From: a virus
Lineage: Duplodnaviria; Heunggongvirae; Uroviricota; Caudoviricetes
DNA length: 64,000 nucleotides
Strand: one strand, 5' to 3'
Virus record (IMG/VR): IMGVR_UViG_3300043436_001089
Below, piece after piece: positions 8,608-17,100 of the stretch. Position 1 is the first letter of the stretch, and the number at the start of each line of letters is the position of its first letter. The position numbers and the translations under genes were made by a program. The notes under the pieces were generated by a model, which searched no databases, was not told the origin of the DNA, and saw nothing but the letters and a program-made list of their open reading frames with translations.

Positions 8608-8880
8608 TTACACCAGATCAACTTGGACTTGTTTTCCCCGTAGAGTGTGGCCTATACCTGTCGGCAATGGTTGATTTGTGCGCTTGGCTTCATAACGCAA
8701 ATACGACAATTTAATTAACGAATCCCAGCATGTAACGCGGGCATTAACTGTAGCAAACATTTCCGTCATTTGCTGGATTGTCATATACATACCGATATCG
8801 TTCTCGGAACCGTCACCCTTAAAAATCACACGGAATTTCTGAGAATTTTTGAAGCCATCAACAATAGTCTTTGTACGCAT
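8608..8880 (-). CDS. Hypothetical small protein
   Basis: 90 aa with Shine-Dalgarno AAAGGAA. Promoter copy c lies upstream. Confidence 0.45.
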   Translation of the reverse strand: MRTKTIVDGFKNSQKFRVIFKGDGSENDIGMYMTIQQMTEMFATVNARVTCWDSLIKLSYLRYEAKRTNQPLPTGIGHTLRGKQVQVDLV

Positions 8881-8908
8881 TTCAGTTCCTTTTTCAATCT
8901 ATGTATAG

Positions 8909-8937
8909 ATTATATGCCCAAACCGATTTATTGTCAA
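8909..8937 (-). promoter_or_regulatory. Sigma70-consensus promoter copy c
   Basis: attata at 8909-8914, a 17-nt spacer, tgtcaa at 8932-8937. Confidence 0.65.
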
Positions 8938-8953
8938 CCTTTAAAAGTAGTAC

Positions 8954-9469
8954 TTACTTACTAAGTAATTTAGAAAACATTCCCTTCTGTGCGAGTGTTT
9001 TACGTCCGGGTGTCGCATAATCCTTGTTCATGTGAGTTTTGAAACAATGGCAGTTATTACAAAGTGTTTGTAGATTTTTTTCACGGTTGTCTTTTGGGTT
9101 ACCGTTAATATGGTCTACTTCTAATTGAGCCGAATGACGAATTTTGTAATTGCATTTGAACCCCAATCGCCCGTCACGATTTTCACAATATTCTTTTCTG
9201 TGCTTGCGGTAAGGGTGGGTGCTATTTAAAAAATCAGCAACTGAATCAAAACCTGCCTTCTTTGCCATTACCTCAGCAATGTTTTTCAATCCATGTTTTT
9301 TTGCAGTCTTTATGTTGTGATGTGTTGTGCAAAGTTTTCTGAAAGCCGGCGTGCCATCTTTTCGATAATTACCAGTGTGCTGTGCAGCCTGTTTGCATCC
9401 TCGATGTGTGCAACGTGGACGTTCGTCCATAGGGATAAAAACTTTGTTTTCAGTTTCGGATGCTTTAGC
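8954..9469 (-). CDS. HNH endonuclease family protein
   Basis: DHINGNPKDNREKNLQTLCNNCH matches the HNH motif. CxxC/CxxH zinc ligands are present upstream. The start is trimmed to MAKASE so the promoter is not inside the ORF. Confidence 0.7.
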   Translation of the reverse strand, partial: AKASETENKVFIPMDERPRCTHRGCKQAAQHTGNYRKDGTPAFRKLCTTHHNIKTAKKHGLKNIAEVMAKKAGFDSVADFLNSTHPYRKHRKEYCENRDGRLGFKCNYKIRHSAQLEVDHINGNPKDNREKNLQTLCNNCHCFKTHMNKDYATPGRKTLAQKGMFSKLLSK

Positions 9470-9503
9470 CATAAAAAAATCCCTATTAAGTTGCAAAGAT
9501 GCA

Positions 9504-9532
9504 ATTATAACAGGGATTTTAGTTATTGTCAA
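9504..9532 (-). promoter_or_regulatory. Sigma70-consensus promoter copy d (more diverged flanks)
   Basis: attata at 9504-9509, a 17-nt spacer, tgtcaa at 9527-9532. It sits just downstream of the clpP stop. Confidence 0.55.
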
Positions 9533-9533
9533 T

Positions 9534-10124
9534 TTAAATACGTTTTTCAACGATCTTGTCAATCAATCCATAAGCTAGTGCTTCGTCTGCACTCATGAAT
9601 TTATCACGATCCATATCACGTTCAAATTCTTCGTATGTCTTACCTGCACTGTTGTGCTTGACATAGATTTCAGTCAAACGCTTTTTCAAGTATGTGATTT
9701 CTTTGTATGAAATTTCAATATCACTTTGCATACCACGTGCGCCACCTGATGGTTGATGAATCATGTGTCGTGCGTTTGGCAACATAAAACGTTTACCAGG
9801 TGCACCTGCTTGTGCAAGCAAACTACCCATTGAACAGGCTTGACCCATTACAATTGTATGTACATTGGGTTTGATAAATTGAATAGTATCATAGATAGCC
9901 ATACCTGCAGTAACACTGCCACCCGGGCTGTTAATGTACATTGAAATATCTTTTTCAGAATCTTCTGATTCAAGGAATAACAATTGGGCAACAATCAAGT
10001 TTGCCATTTGGTCGTGTACTTCACCTTCAAGTAAGATGACACGGTCACGCAATAAACGGCTATAAATGTCATAACTACGCTCACCTTTAGCGGTTTGCTC
10101 AATGACCATTGGGACTAGACTCAT
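9534..10124 (-). CDS. clpP: ATP-dependent Clp protease proteolytic subunit ClpP
   Basis: Catalytic Ser context GQACSMGS, His context MIHQPSGG, and full-length similarity to bacterial ClpP. Confidence 0.9.
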   Translation of the reverse strand: MSLVPMVIEQTAKGERSYDIYSRLLRDRVILLEGEVHDQMANLIVAQLLFLESEDSEKDISMYINSPGGSVTAGMAIYDTIQFIKPNVHTIVMGQACSMGSLLAQAGAPGKRFMLPNARHMIHQPSGGARGMQSDIEISYKEITYLKKRLTEIYVKHNSAGKTYEEFERDMDRDKFMSADEALAYGLIDKIVEKRI

Positions 10125-10193
10125 AATTATCCTTTAGTTAAAAGTTATATTGTACACTAGTAACAATACAAAATCAACAGTTATGGATACTTA

Positions 10194-11690
10194 TTATCTC
10201 TTTTTACGCTGACTTGTTTCTTTTTTCTTTTGTGATTTGGGTTCAGCAACATCTTTGGCAGCAGTAGCTAGATCGGGTTCGTTTTCCATACCGTCTACTG
10301 GTTCTTCGCCTGGCTCACTACTTACTGAATCATCAGTGCGGCCTAGTTTGAAACTGAAACCACCTGCAGTCGGATCAATTGCACTAGACTTGTTTTCAAC
10401 ACTAATCTTACCGTCTAGCTTTGCAGGCCATTGCGTAGCAAATGTCAGTTGACCACTCTTATAATCACAGTACTGTTGGATGAAGTTCATTTCTAGAATT
10501 TGAATGATAGCATCTTTGAACTCAGGAATAGCATCTTTGCTGTTCATAGCATCAGCTACTTCACGCTTGATACAGTATATCAATTTACCACCGTCACTTG
10601 CATTAGGAGAGTCAATATCATTAAACATGGGGTAATATTTTTTAGGCAAGGGTTGGTCAACACGTTGTTTTTTCAAGTCTAAACTCTCTTTAGCTAGGGT
10701 TGCAAGCTTTGGACTCTTTACTGCGAAAGGTAAAAACGTGTGCCACTTCTTGTTTATAGCTTTGGGGTTAACTTCAAAAATCAAATCCATAGCCGCAAAT
10801 GCTTGTGGGATTGTACCTAACTTCTGACAGATATCTATAAACTTGATAGCGTTTTCGTAGTTAGGATCCTGTCTGATATAGTCAGGAACTTTAAGGCCTG
10901 AAATAGCAGGAGCAGCTCCTCCACCGGTGCCCTTACTAGAGATATTCAATGTGTGATTGGTTGCGCTATTAGTAACAGTAGCATAGCTATCTGCCAAGTT
11001 TGTGTTTGCCTTCAACGGGAAGTTAACTGTCAACTGATTGGTATCAGCACCCATCCATCTTTGAAATTCTGCTTTTCTTGGGAAACGGCTACGATTGTAG
11101 ATTAATGCTAATACACCTAGGTATTCACCTGCGTAGTCAACAATAGCCTTACGCACTTTTTCTTTTTCTTTGCCCTGATACTCAGGGGGCAACATCACTG
11201 TATCACCCGAGACAATCATAGTTGCAAGTAGTTGAACAACTTGACCATAGTCTGTGCTGGCTAATACGGCATTGGAATTAATAACTTCATACAAGTCTTC
11301 CGCAGGGATATTCTTATCACAGATACCAATTTGACTTGGTTTGACAACTAATCCTTCTTTACCTGCTTGACTTGCATCTTGCCCGGCTGCAACCGCGGCA
11401 CCACCAAAGTCACCTGTTTTAGCTAACTGACTTAATGCAATTTCATCTCCGTCAGACAGCCGAATCTTTAATGCACCACCAAACTGTCCATTGTCAAATA
11501 GTTGTTGAAAACGTCTTGCTTCCCTAGGATCAGCAATAACTTCACTACCGTCAACTTTAGTAAAGGGCTTTTTAAATGTGATGTATTCAATGAATTTTTT
11601 AAATCGCCAATCGTATTTTTTGATTTCGTTGGCGCTCAAGCCCACTGGGGCTTCTGATAGGATTTGTATAAGGTCTAAGTATTCACGCAT
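10194..11690 (-). CDS. Hypothetical 498-aa protein with Gly/Ala-rich segments and a highly basic C-terminal tail
   Basis: Long ORF with no recognisable catalytic motif. The C-terminus is ...KSQKKKETSQRKKR. It lies directly upstream of clpP in transcription order. Confidence 0.5.
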   Translation of the reverse strand: MREYLDLIQILSEAPVGLSANEIKKYDWRFKKFIEYITFKKPFTKVDGSEVIADPREARRFQQLFDNGQFGGALKIRLSDGDEIALSQLAKTGDFGGAAVAAGQDASQAGKEGLVVKPSQIGICDKNIPAEDLYEVINSNAVLASTDYGQVVQLLATMIVSGDTVMLPPEYQGKEKEKVRKAIVDYAGEYLGVLALIYNRSRFPRKAEFQRWMGADTNQLTVNFPLKANTNLADSYATVTNSATNHTLNISSKGTGGGAAPAISGLKVPDYIRQDPNYENAIKFIDICQKLGTIPQAFAAMDLIFEVNPKAINKKWHTFLPFAVKSPKLATLAKESLDLKKQRVDQPLPKKYYPMFNDIDSPNASDGGKLIYCIKREVADAMNSKDAIPEFKDAIIQILEMNFIQQYCDYKSGQLTFATQWPAKLDGKISVENKSSAIDPTAGGFSFKLGRTDDSVSSEPGEEPVDGMENEPDLATAAKDVAEPKSQKKKETSQRKKR

Positions 11691-11708
11691 AATGAGTATT
11701 TATACGAT

Positions 11709-12200
11709 TTAACACTTAAATAGATTTTGATATCTAAACCACTTTCTTTTGCTATGTGCGCTCTTTAAAGGAATACCTAGCTTTTTAAGTTTCTCTCGGA
11801 ATATAAAAAAGCTTGGCCCATGACTCATAATAGGTTCTTTCCCCATGTTTAGTCTCCTTAGACCCTCCACATCCCATTGATATTGGTGACACATTTCATG
11901 AGCTAGTATTGTAATTAACCATTGTCTACAGTACCATTTATCCATCATTCTTATCTTGCAGTAGCTTCTAGTCTTAGTGGGCATTTGCAATGAACCATAG
12001 CACATTCCCCAATACTTTCTACAGCGTCCCATAACCTCAATCTCGGGCATAATCAATTTGTTATTGAATACGTGCTTATTCAGCATACGGTAAAGCTTGA
12101 CTACTTCATCATGATCCGTTCTATAACAAAGACGTTTCTGATAGGCTATGTTAGGAAGGTCTTCCTGCATCAGGTCTCTGAGGGTATTTTTTAAGAACAT
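11709..12200 (-). CDS. SprT-like zinc metalloprotease domain protein
   Basis: ILAHEMCHQYQW matches the SprT/Wss1 HExxH motif. Additional Cys pairs are present. Confidence 0.6.
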   Translation of the reverse strand: MFLKNTLRDLMQEDLPNIAYQKRLCYRTDHDEVVKLYRMLNKHVFNNKLIMPEIEVMGRCRKYWGMCYGSLQMPTKTRSYCKIRMMDKWYCRQWLITILAHEMCHQYQWDVEGLRRLNMGKEPIMSHGPSFFIFREKLKKLGIPLKSAHSKRKWFRYQNLFKC

Positions 12201-12281
12201 AATACTCTATTTAAGTAGACGCTTCTGTGAAAAAAATGCTATGTTTTAACCATGATTAAATATATGTTTAGGAGATTAAAA

Positions 12282-12602
12282 ATGATAGAATTTATCAAAC
12301 GTTTGTTCGGGTTTTCAGCTAAACCAGTAGAGGTAGCACCGTCTGCCCCGTACAAAGTACCAGAGCCAGTAGCTACTACACCGGTTCCATTGGGAGTAGA
12401 AGCATATACATCTACACCTGTGGGTATGGTAGAAACTAACTCAGTGGTAGCACCTGTAGCAGAAACTAAACCAGCTGCACCAGCTATAACTGCTACTAAA
12501 AAGAAAGCTGAACCTAAAGCACCTGCAAAGGCTAAACCAAAAGCTAAGGCGCCGGCTAAACCCAGGGCAGCTAAGAAGCCAAATATGACTGTAGCTAAGT
12601 AA
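12282..12602 (+). CDS. Histone H1-like / KAP-repeat basic protein
   Basis: ATG at 12282 follows AGGAG. The C-terminus is KKKAEPKAPAKAKPKAKAPAKPRAAKKP, resembling the H1/AlgP-like lysine-alanine-proline repeat. Confidence 0.5.
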   Translation: MIEFIKRLFGFSAKPVEVAPSAPYKVPEPVATTPVPLGVEAYTSTPVGMVETNSVVAPVAETKPAAPAITATKKKAEPKAPAKAKPKAKAPAKPRAAKKPNMTVAK

Positions 12603-12636
12603 TCATGATAACAGGGAAACCTGTTATCATGTTCCT
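12603..12636. terminator. Perfect 12-bp inverted repeat hairpin (catgataacagg-gaaa-cctgttatcatg)
   Basis: It lies between the stop of 12282-12602 and the ATG at 12637. It lacks a T-tract but has a strong stem. It may terminate, attenuate, or occlude the downstream ribosome-binding site. Confidence 0.45.
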
Positions 12637-13329
12637 ATGAACATCGGATTTGACGTAATCAGTGACCTGAACCTTTCCCCGGAAGATAACTTCAATTGGG
12701 AGGGTAAAGCCACAAGCTTGTATTGTATAATTGCAGGTAATGTCAGTAGTGACTTAAGAACCATCTATCAGACATTATCGCATTTATCACGGTTTTATCA
12801 AGGTATATTTTATACACTAGGATCCTTAGAATATGAGTGTGTAGACGATATAAGCAAGAGAACTGAAGAAATTTTTAAAGTCACTAGATCATTGAACAGT
12901 GTCGTAATGCTACATCATCATGTGGTAATTATCGAAGGTACTGCAATTGTCGGGGCTAACGGGTGGTACGGTACTAACCCAAGTGTAGACTTAAAAACGG
13001 AGATAGCCATCGAAAATCAACGTTACGAGGATTTATACTATCTCAAGTCTACAATAGAAAAACTCCAAAAGCATTTGGATGTAAGAAAAATAATGATTGT
13101 ATCTAGCTCTGTTCCAGGAGCAGATTTGTATTTCGGAGAAGAGCCAGGTTCAATTGATGCTCAACTACCCTTAGAACTTGTGTTGCCAAGTGACACTGAA
13201 AAGAAAGTATCTAATTGGGTATACGGCACATATGGAAAAGTAGTTGATACCACTATTAATGATATCAACTACGTGAACAACTCTTATTACAAGAGAAAGC
13301 CCTATTGGGCTAAGAGAATAGAAGTTTAA
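12637..13329 (+). CDS. Hypothetical protein, possibly a degenerate metallophosphoesterase fold
   Basis: DVISDLNL and GNVSS weakly resemble the phosphoesterase DxH / GNH(E) motifs. There is no Shine-Dalgarno sequence and the start codon abuts the hairpin. Confidence 0.35.
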   Translation: MNIGFDVISDLNLSPEDNFNWEGKATSLYCIIAGNVSSDLRTIYQTLSHLSRFYQGIFYTLGSLEYECVDDISKRTEEIFKVTRSLNSVVMLHHHVVIIEGTAIVGANGWYGTNPSVDLKTEIAIENQRYEDLYYLKSTIEKLQKHLDVRKIMIVSSSVPGADLYFGEEPGSIDAQLPLELVLPSDTEKKVSNWVYGTYGKVVDTTINDINYVNNSYYKRKPYWAKRIEV

Positions 13330-13631
13330 GCTTCTGCTTCTACTTTAACTTGTAGCGGGAATCCCTGACTACGTGCATCAAGTGTAACTTCAATACCCTT
13401 TTGCTCTGCTATTTCGTATGGCAATACAGCAACAACTGCACTTCCAGTATCGTGAATACTATTAGTGATATCAGCCGCAGTAGCAGTCGTGTAATCAAAA
13501 TAATCAATTAATGACGTAACTACAAATTCCATGCTTGTTACATCATCGTTAAAGTAAATAATCTTGAACAACGGTGGTTCCGCAAGTGTTGTGATCGGCT
13601 TGATTTTAAGTTTAGTTTCTGTTTTTGACAT
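13326..13631 (-). CDS. clpS: ClpS-like ATP-dependent Clp protease adaptor
   Basis: 101 aa. The core ...YKIIYFNDDVTSMEFVVTSLIDYF... matches the ClpS fold sequence pattern. Confidence 0.7.
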   Translation of the reverse strand: MSKTETKLKIKPITTLAEPPLFKIIYFNDDVTSMEFVVTSLIDYFDYTTATAADITNSIHDTGSAVVAVLPYEIAEQKGIEVTLDARSQGFPLQVKVEAEA

Positions 13632-13656
13632 AGTTTTTCCTTCAGTCTACATTATA

Positions 13657-14100
13657 TTATTTATTGTAGTTAATTGCAATCTTCTTGGGCTTCTGTTCCT
13701 CTGGAATTGTACGCTTTAAATGAATTGAGAGGATACCCAATTCAAGATTACAATTCTCAATATCAACGTGGTCAGCAAGCTTGAACTCACGACGGAAACT
13801 GCGAGTACTGATTCCTTTGTGTAAGTAGTTAATTTCTTCTAATGGTAGAACAGGTGTTCCATCAATGATAAGATAGTTACCCTCTTTAGTAACATCAATA
13901 TTATCAGGTCCAAAGCCGGCTACTGCTAAACTAATCATGAACTCATCTTCATTGATTTGCGCAATGTTAAACGGTGGATAGTTTGTAGTGCCTTGTTGTG
14001 CGTTGATTCTAATCATTTCGTCAAATAGATTTTCAAAACCTACTGCGAATTTGTGAATGCTTGGAATGTCCAAGGAACGAAGGGTTAGTTGGTTTGTCAT
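13657..14100 (-). CDS. Small heat shock protein (Hsp20 / alpha-crystallin, IbpA-like)
   Basis: 147 aa with the alpha-crystallin domain pattern ...GNYLIIDGT... and the conserved IxI-like C-terminus AINYNK. Confidence 0.75.
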   Translation of the reverse strand: MTNQLTLRSLDIPSIHKFAVGFENLFDEMIRINAQQGTTNYPPFNIAQINEDEFMISLAVAGFGPDNIDVTKEGNYLIIDGTPVLPLEEINYLHKGISTRSFRREFKLADHVDIENCNLELGILSIHLKRTIPEEQKPKKIAINYNK

Positions 14101-14197
14101 TTGTTTTCTCCTTTAATAAGCAAGATGACTTGTAGACCCGACTGTCGGCATCTACATACGTATTTATTATAACAAAAACACGCAAAAAAATCTAGTA

Positions 14198-15397
14198 TTA
14201 AGGCAAAGCCTTAGGCTCTAAAATACTTTCTTGATTGATATTAATTACTTTGATGTTACTCTCACGGTACTTCTTAGTGTTGTACATATGAGGCATCAAT
14301 GCACGTTCAATCTCAGTGTGCAATCCACGAGCACCTGTATTCAATTTCAAACAGTTATCCACCATCTGCTCAAGTGCTGAGTCGTTAAACTGCAAATCAA
14401 TTTGGTCGATACTGAACAAGTACTTATATTGTTCAATGTAGTTGTTCTTCACGGACGTAAGTACTTTGAGTAATTCATCCCTAGACAAGTTAGCTACACT
14501 AACAGCAGTAGTGAAACGACCGATCAATTCAGGAATCATACCAAACTTAGTCAAATCGTCAGGTGATACTTGACCCAAGTCACCTTCTTTCTTTTTGTCT
14601 TTGATATCAGCACCGAAACCAATACTAGTACCTGATTTTCTGTTTGAGATAATGTCTTTCAACCCTACAAACGCACCGCCGGCAATGAACAAAATGTTTT
14701 TAGTGTTGACTTCAAGCATATCACCACCTGGATGTTTTCTGCCGCCACCTGCTGGGATACGACATACAGTACCCTCAACAAGCTTGAGTAATGCTTGCTG
14801 GACACCTTCACCTGATACGTCACGTGTGATACTTGCAGACTCACCTTTGCGGGCAATCTTATCAATTTCGTCAATGAAAACAATGCCGCGCTCTGCAAGT
14901 TTAGGATCACCACCTGCATTGGTGACCAACATGCTAATCATAGACTCAACATCATCACCTACATATCCTGCTTCTGTCAAGCTAGTAGCATCAGCTACAA
15001 CGAAGGGAACATTAAGATATTTGGCAACTGTCTTTGCTAACAGTGTTTTACCTGATCCAGTAGGACCGATCAGCATTACGTTACCCTTTTGAATTTCTAA
15101 ATCCTTAGGAGGGTGGGTAATTCGTTTATAGTGATTAGCGATTGCTACACTAAGAACCATTTTAGCATCGTCCTGCCCGATGATATGCAAATCTAAAAAG
15201 TCCTTGATATCTGATGGATCATAGTGATCTTTTGCAATGGATTCTTCTACTACACCAATATCATCATCTATAAGTTGAGTACATTGCTCAATACAATCAC
15301 TACAGATAGCAACGTTGTCGCTTACAATCAGTTTTTTTACTATATCTTTGTGGTTACCACAAAAAGAGCAATGGTTTAATTTATTTTCAGTTGACAT
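14198..15397 (-). CDS. clpX: ATP-dependent Clp protease ATP-binding subunit ClpX
   Basis: N-terminal C4 zinc finger (CSFCG...CSDC). Walker A GPTGSGKT. Pore and sensor motifs are conserved. 399 aa. Confidence 0.9.
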   Translation of the reverse strand: MSTENKLNHCSFCGNHKDIVKKLIVSDNVAICSDCIEQCTQLIDDDIGVVEESIAKDHYDPSDIKDFLDLHIIGQDDAKMVLSVAIANHYKRITHPPKDLEIQKGNVMLIGPTGSGKTLLAKTVAKYLNVPFVVADATSLTEAGYVGDDVESMISMLVTNAGGDPKLAERGIVFIDEIDKIARKGESASITRDVSGEGVQQALLKLVEGTVCRIPAGGGRKHPGGDMLEVNTKNILFIAGGAFVGLKDIISNRKSGTSIGFGADIKDKKKEGDLGQVSPDDLTKFGMIPELIGRFTTAVSVANLSRDELLKVLTSVKNNYIEQYKYLFSIDQIDLQFNDSALEQMVDNCLKLNTGARGLHTEIERALMPHMYNTKKYRESNIKVININQESILEPKALP

Positions 15398-15433
15398 ATT
15401 ATAATTTATCTTTTTATTTTTGACGCAGTATTT

Positions 15434-16411
15434 TTAGCAAGTACTACTAGGAACTACTGATAGTTCAATCATCCTAGCTTGTTCAATTACTGCACGATCC
15501 TTAACGATAACTTGAATAGTTCCCTTTTCAACTGTATTACCGTAAACAACAAAATGTCTAGGATCACCAATTCCATAGAATCTATTACCACCACTGACTA
15601 GTGAGGGCACAGCGCAAGTTTTCAAGATAACCTTGTTTTCATCGTTGCGCAAAGATAGCATTAATCTAACTTCTCTATTACCTGTTACAGAATCTTTGAT
15701 CTTATCAAGCATGATTATATCATTAAATCTATACTGTTTACTAGAGCCTAGCACTAAATCTTTAGGGTTCTTGCCCATGATAGTTACGTTACTTGGAGCA
15801 GGAGAAAATCTACCAAACCTGTCATCGTCAAACATTTGCATTGCTTCTTTCAATGCTTCAATGAATTCATAATTCCAATTTAGTTGATAGGGAACTCTCA
15901 ATAAAGTATTTCTATATTGATCGGTTGAAATACTTAATGCATCTTGTTTAACAAGATATGCATTATTAGGATATGTAGCAAGTACTCTACTTAATACAAT
16001 ATCCCCTTTGTTACGTTGGTGAATGAAAGTCTGGTAACTAGCTCCCACAACTGCTCCATCAACTTCATTGTTTGATTTACCTGAGGAAATAACTTGGTTA
16101 AACAATTTACTGTCAAAGACTAACACATCCATAGTGACAACATATCGGTTAGATATAGTTTGCACGTTACTAATTTTGTAATCCTTGACATATCCTGCAC
16201 TAAACACACTGATATCATCACGTTCTAGTTTTCGAAGGGTGCTTTCTCTTTCACTTAGAACAATGGTACCTGCACGAATTTGCACAGCTTCACGAAAGGC
16301 ATGTTCTTTTGCAATTTCAAGTGTGACACCCTCACCGACTACACGGATGTAGTCAGTAGCAAATACATTAGAACAGAACAACAATGCTACTACAAATAGT
16401 AGTCTTGTCAT
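15434..16411 (-). CDS. Secreted hypothetical protein (signal peptide)
   Basis: N-terminus MTRLLFVVALLFCSNVFATD. No known domain recognised. Confidence 0.5.
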   Translation of the reverse strand: MTRLLFVVALLFCSNVFATDYIRVVGEGVTLEIAKEHAFREAVQIRAGTIVLSERESTLRKLERDDISVFSAGYVKDYKISNVQTISNRYVVTMDVLVFDSKLFNQVISSGKSNNEVDGAVVGASYQTFIHQRNKGDIVLSRVLATYPNNAYLVKQDALSISTDQYRNTLLRVPYQLNWNYEFIEALKEAMQMFDDDRFGRFSPAPSNVTIMGKNPKDLVLGSSKQYRFNDIIMLDKIKDSVTGNREVRLMLSLRNDENKVILKTCAVPSLVSGGNRFYGIGDPRHFVVYGNTVEKGTIQVIVKDRAVIEQARMIELSVVPSSTC

Positions 16412-16412
16412 A

Positions 16413-17042
16413 TCAATTACCGAAACGTTTACGGAGTTGGCTAGCTGTGTTGTCGCTGTCTTTAGTCCAGCGCATAGTTACTGTTACTTCTTGCGGACCA
16501 GACACTTCTTGTTTGACAGGAATGAAGCCACGCAGTCTTGCACGTGCGTTCACACGAATGTTTTCAGCAAGACTAAATGCAGTGTCATTAGAGTTTTCAC
16601 GTACAGTAAAGTTAGTATCTTTTTCTGCGTCCTTATCAGACATTTCAACAACTTCACCTTCTTTAGCTCTAGACTTAAGGCGATCACTTGCCTTCTCAAC
16701 GTTCTTGGCAAGAGTAGTAGATACCCGATTACTAGAAATTTCTTCGCTCATAAAGTGAGCCACGTTAGCTAGGGCCTTGTCTTTAGCTCTAGTGAGGGCA
16801 GTGTTGCGATTGTTAACAGTGTTGCCGTTTGTAGTTGCACTACCGATACTAGTGATAGACACAATATCACATTCGCTTTTCCATGGCTTGTACCAAGTAC
16901 AATCTGTTTCAATGTGAATAGTATCTTGTTTAAAAGATGTTGACAACTTCTGATTTCTGATTGGTTCAGAATCATTCGATGTTTTTGTAGCACATGCACC
17001 TAAAACAAGTGACAGTGCAAGTACAGAGAGACGGATATTCAT
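16413..17042 (-). CDS. Putative lipoprotein
   Basis: Signal peptide with lipobox LVLGAC. The mature part is hydrophilic. Confidence 0.55.
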   Translation of the reverse strand: MNIRLSVLALSLVLGACATKTSNDSEPIRNQKLSTSFKQDTIHIETDCTWYKPWKSECDIVSITSIGSATTNGNTVNNRNTALTRAKDKALANVAHFMSEEISSNRVSTTLAKNVEKASDRLKSRAKEGEVVEMSDKDAEKDTNFTVRENSNDTAFSLAENIRVNARARLRGFIPVKQEVSGPQEVTVTMRWTKDSDNTASQLRKRFGN

Positions 17043-17100
17043 AAATAACCTGTGTGAGTAGTTAACGATATTGATAGTGTATCACACCATCAATTATTCG

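Noticed and set aside
14101-14197. Terminator hairpin between hsp20 and clpX
   Set aside because: Only short imperfect stems (taaggc...gcctta) with no adjoining T-tract.
14595-15092. Plus-strand 165-aa ORF inside clpX
   Set aside because: Antisense to a conserved ClpX coding region. The same reasoning applies to the many other plus-strand track ORFs embedded in annotated minus-strand genes, for example 2925-3284, 5539-5832, 21392-21730, 22648-23037, 25368-25814, 32618-33019, 33754-34236, 35604-36029 and 42250-42651.
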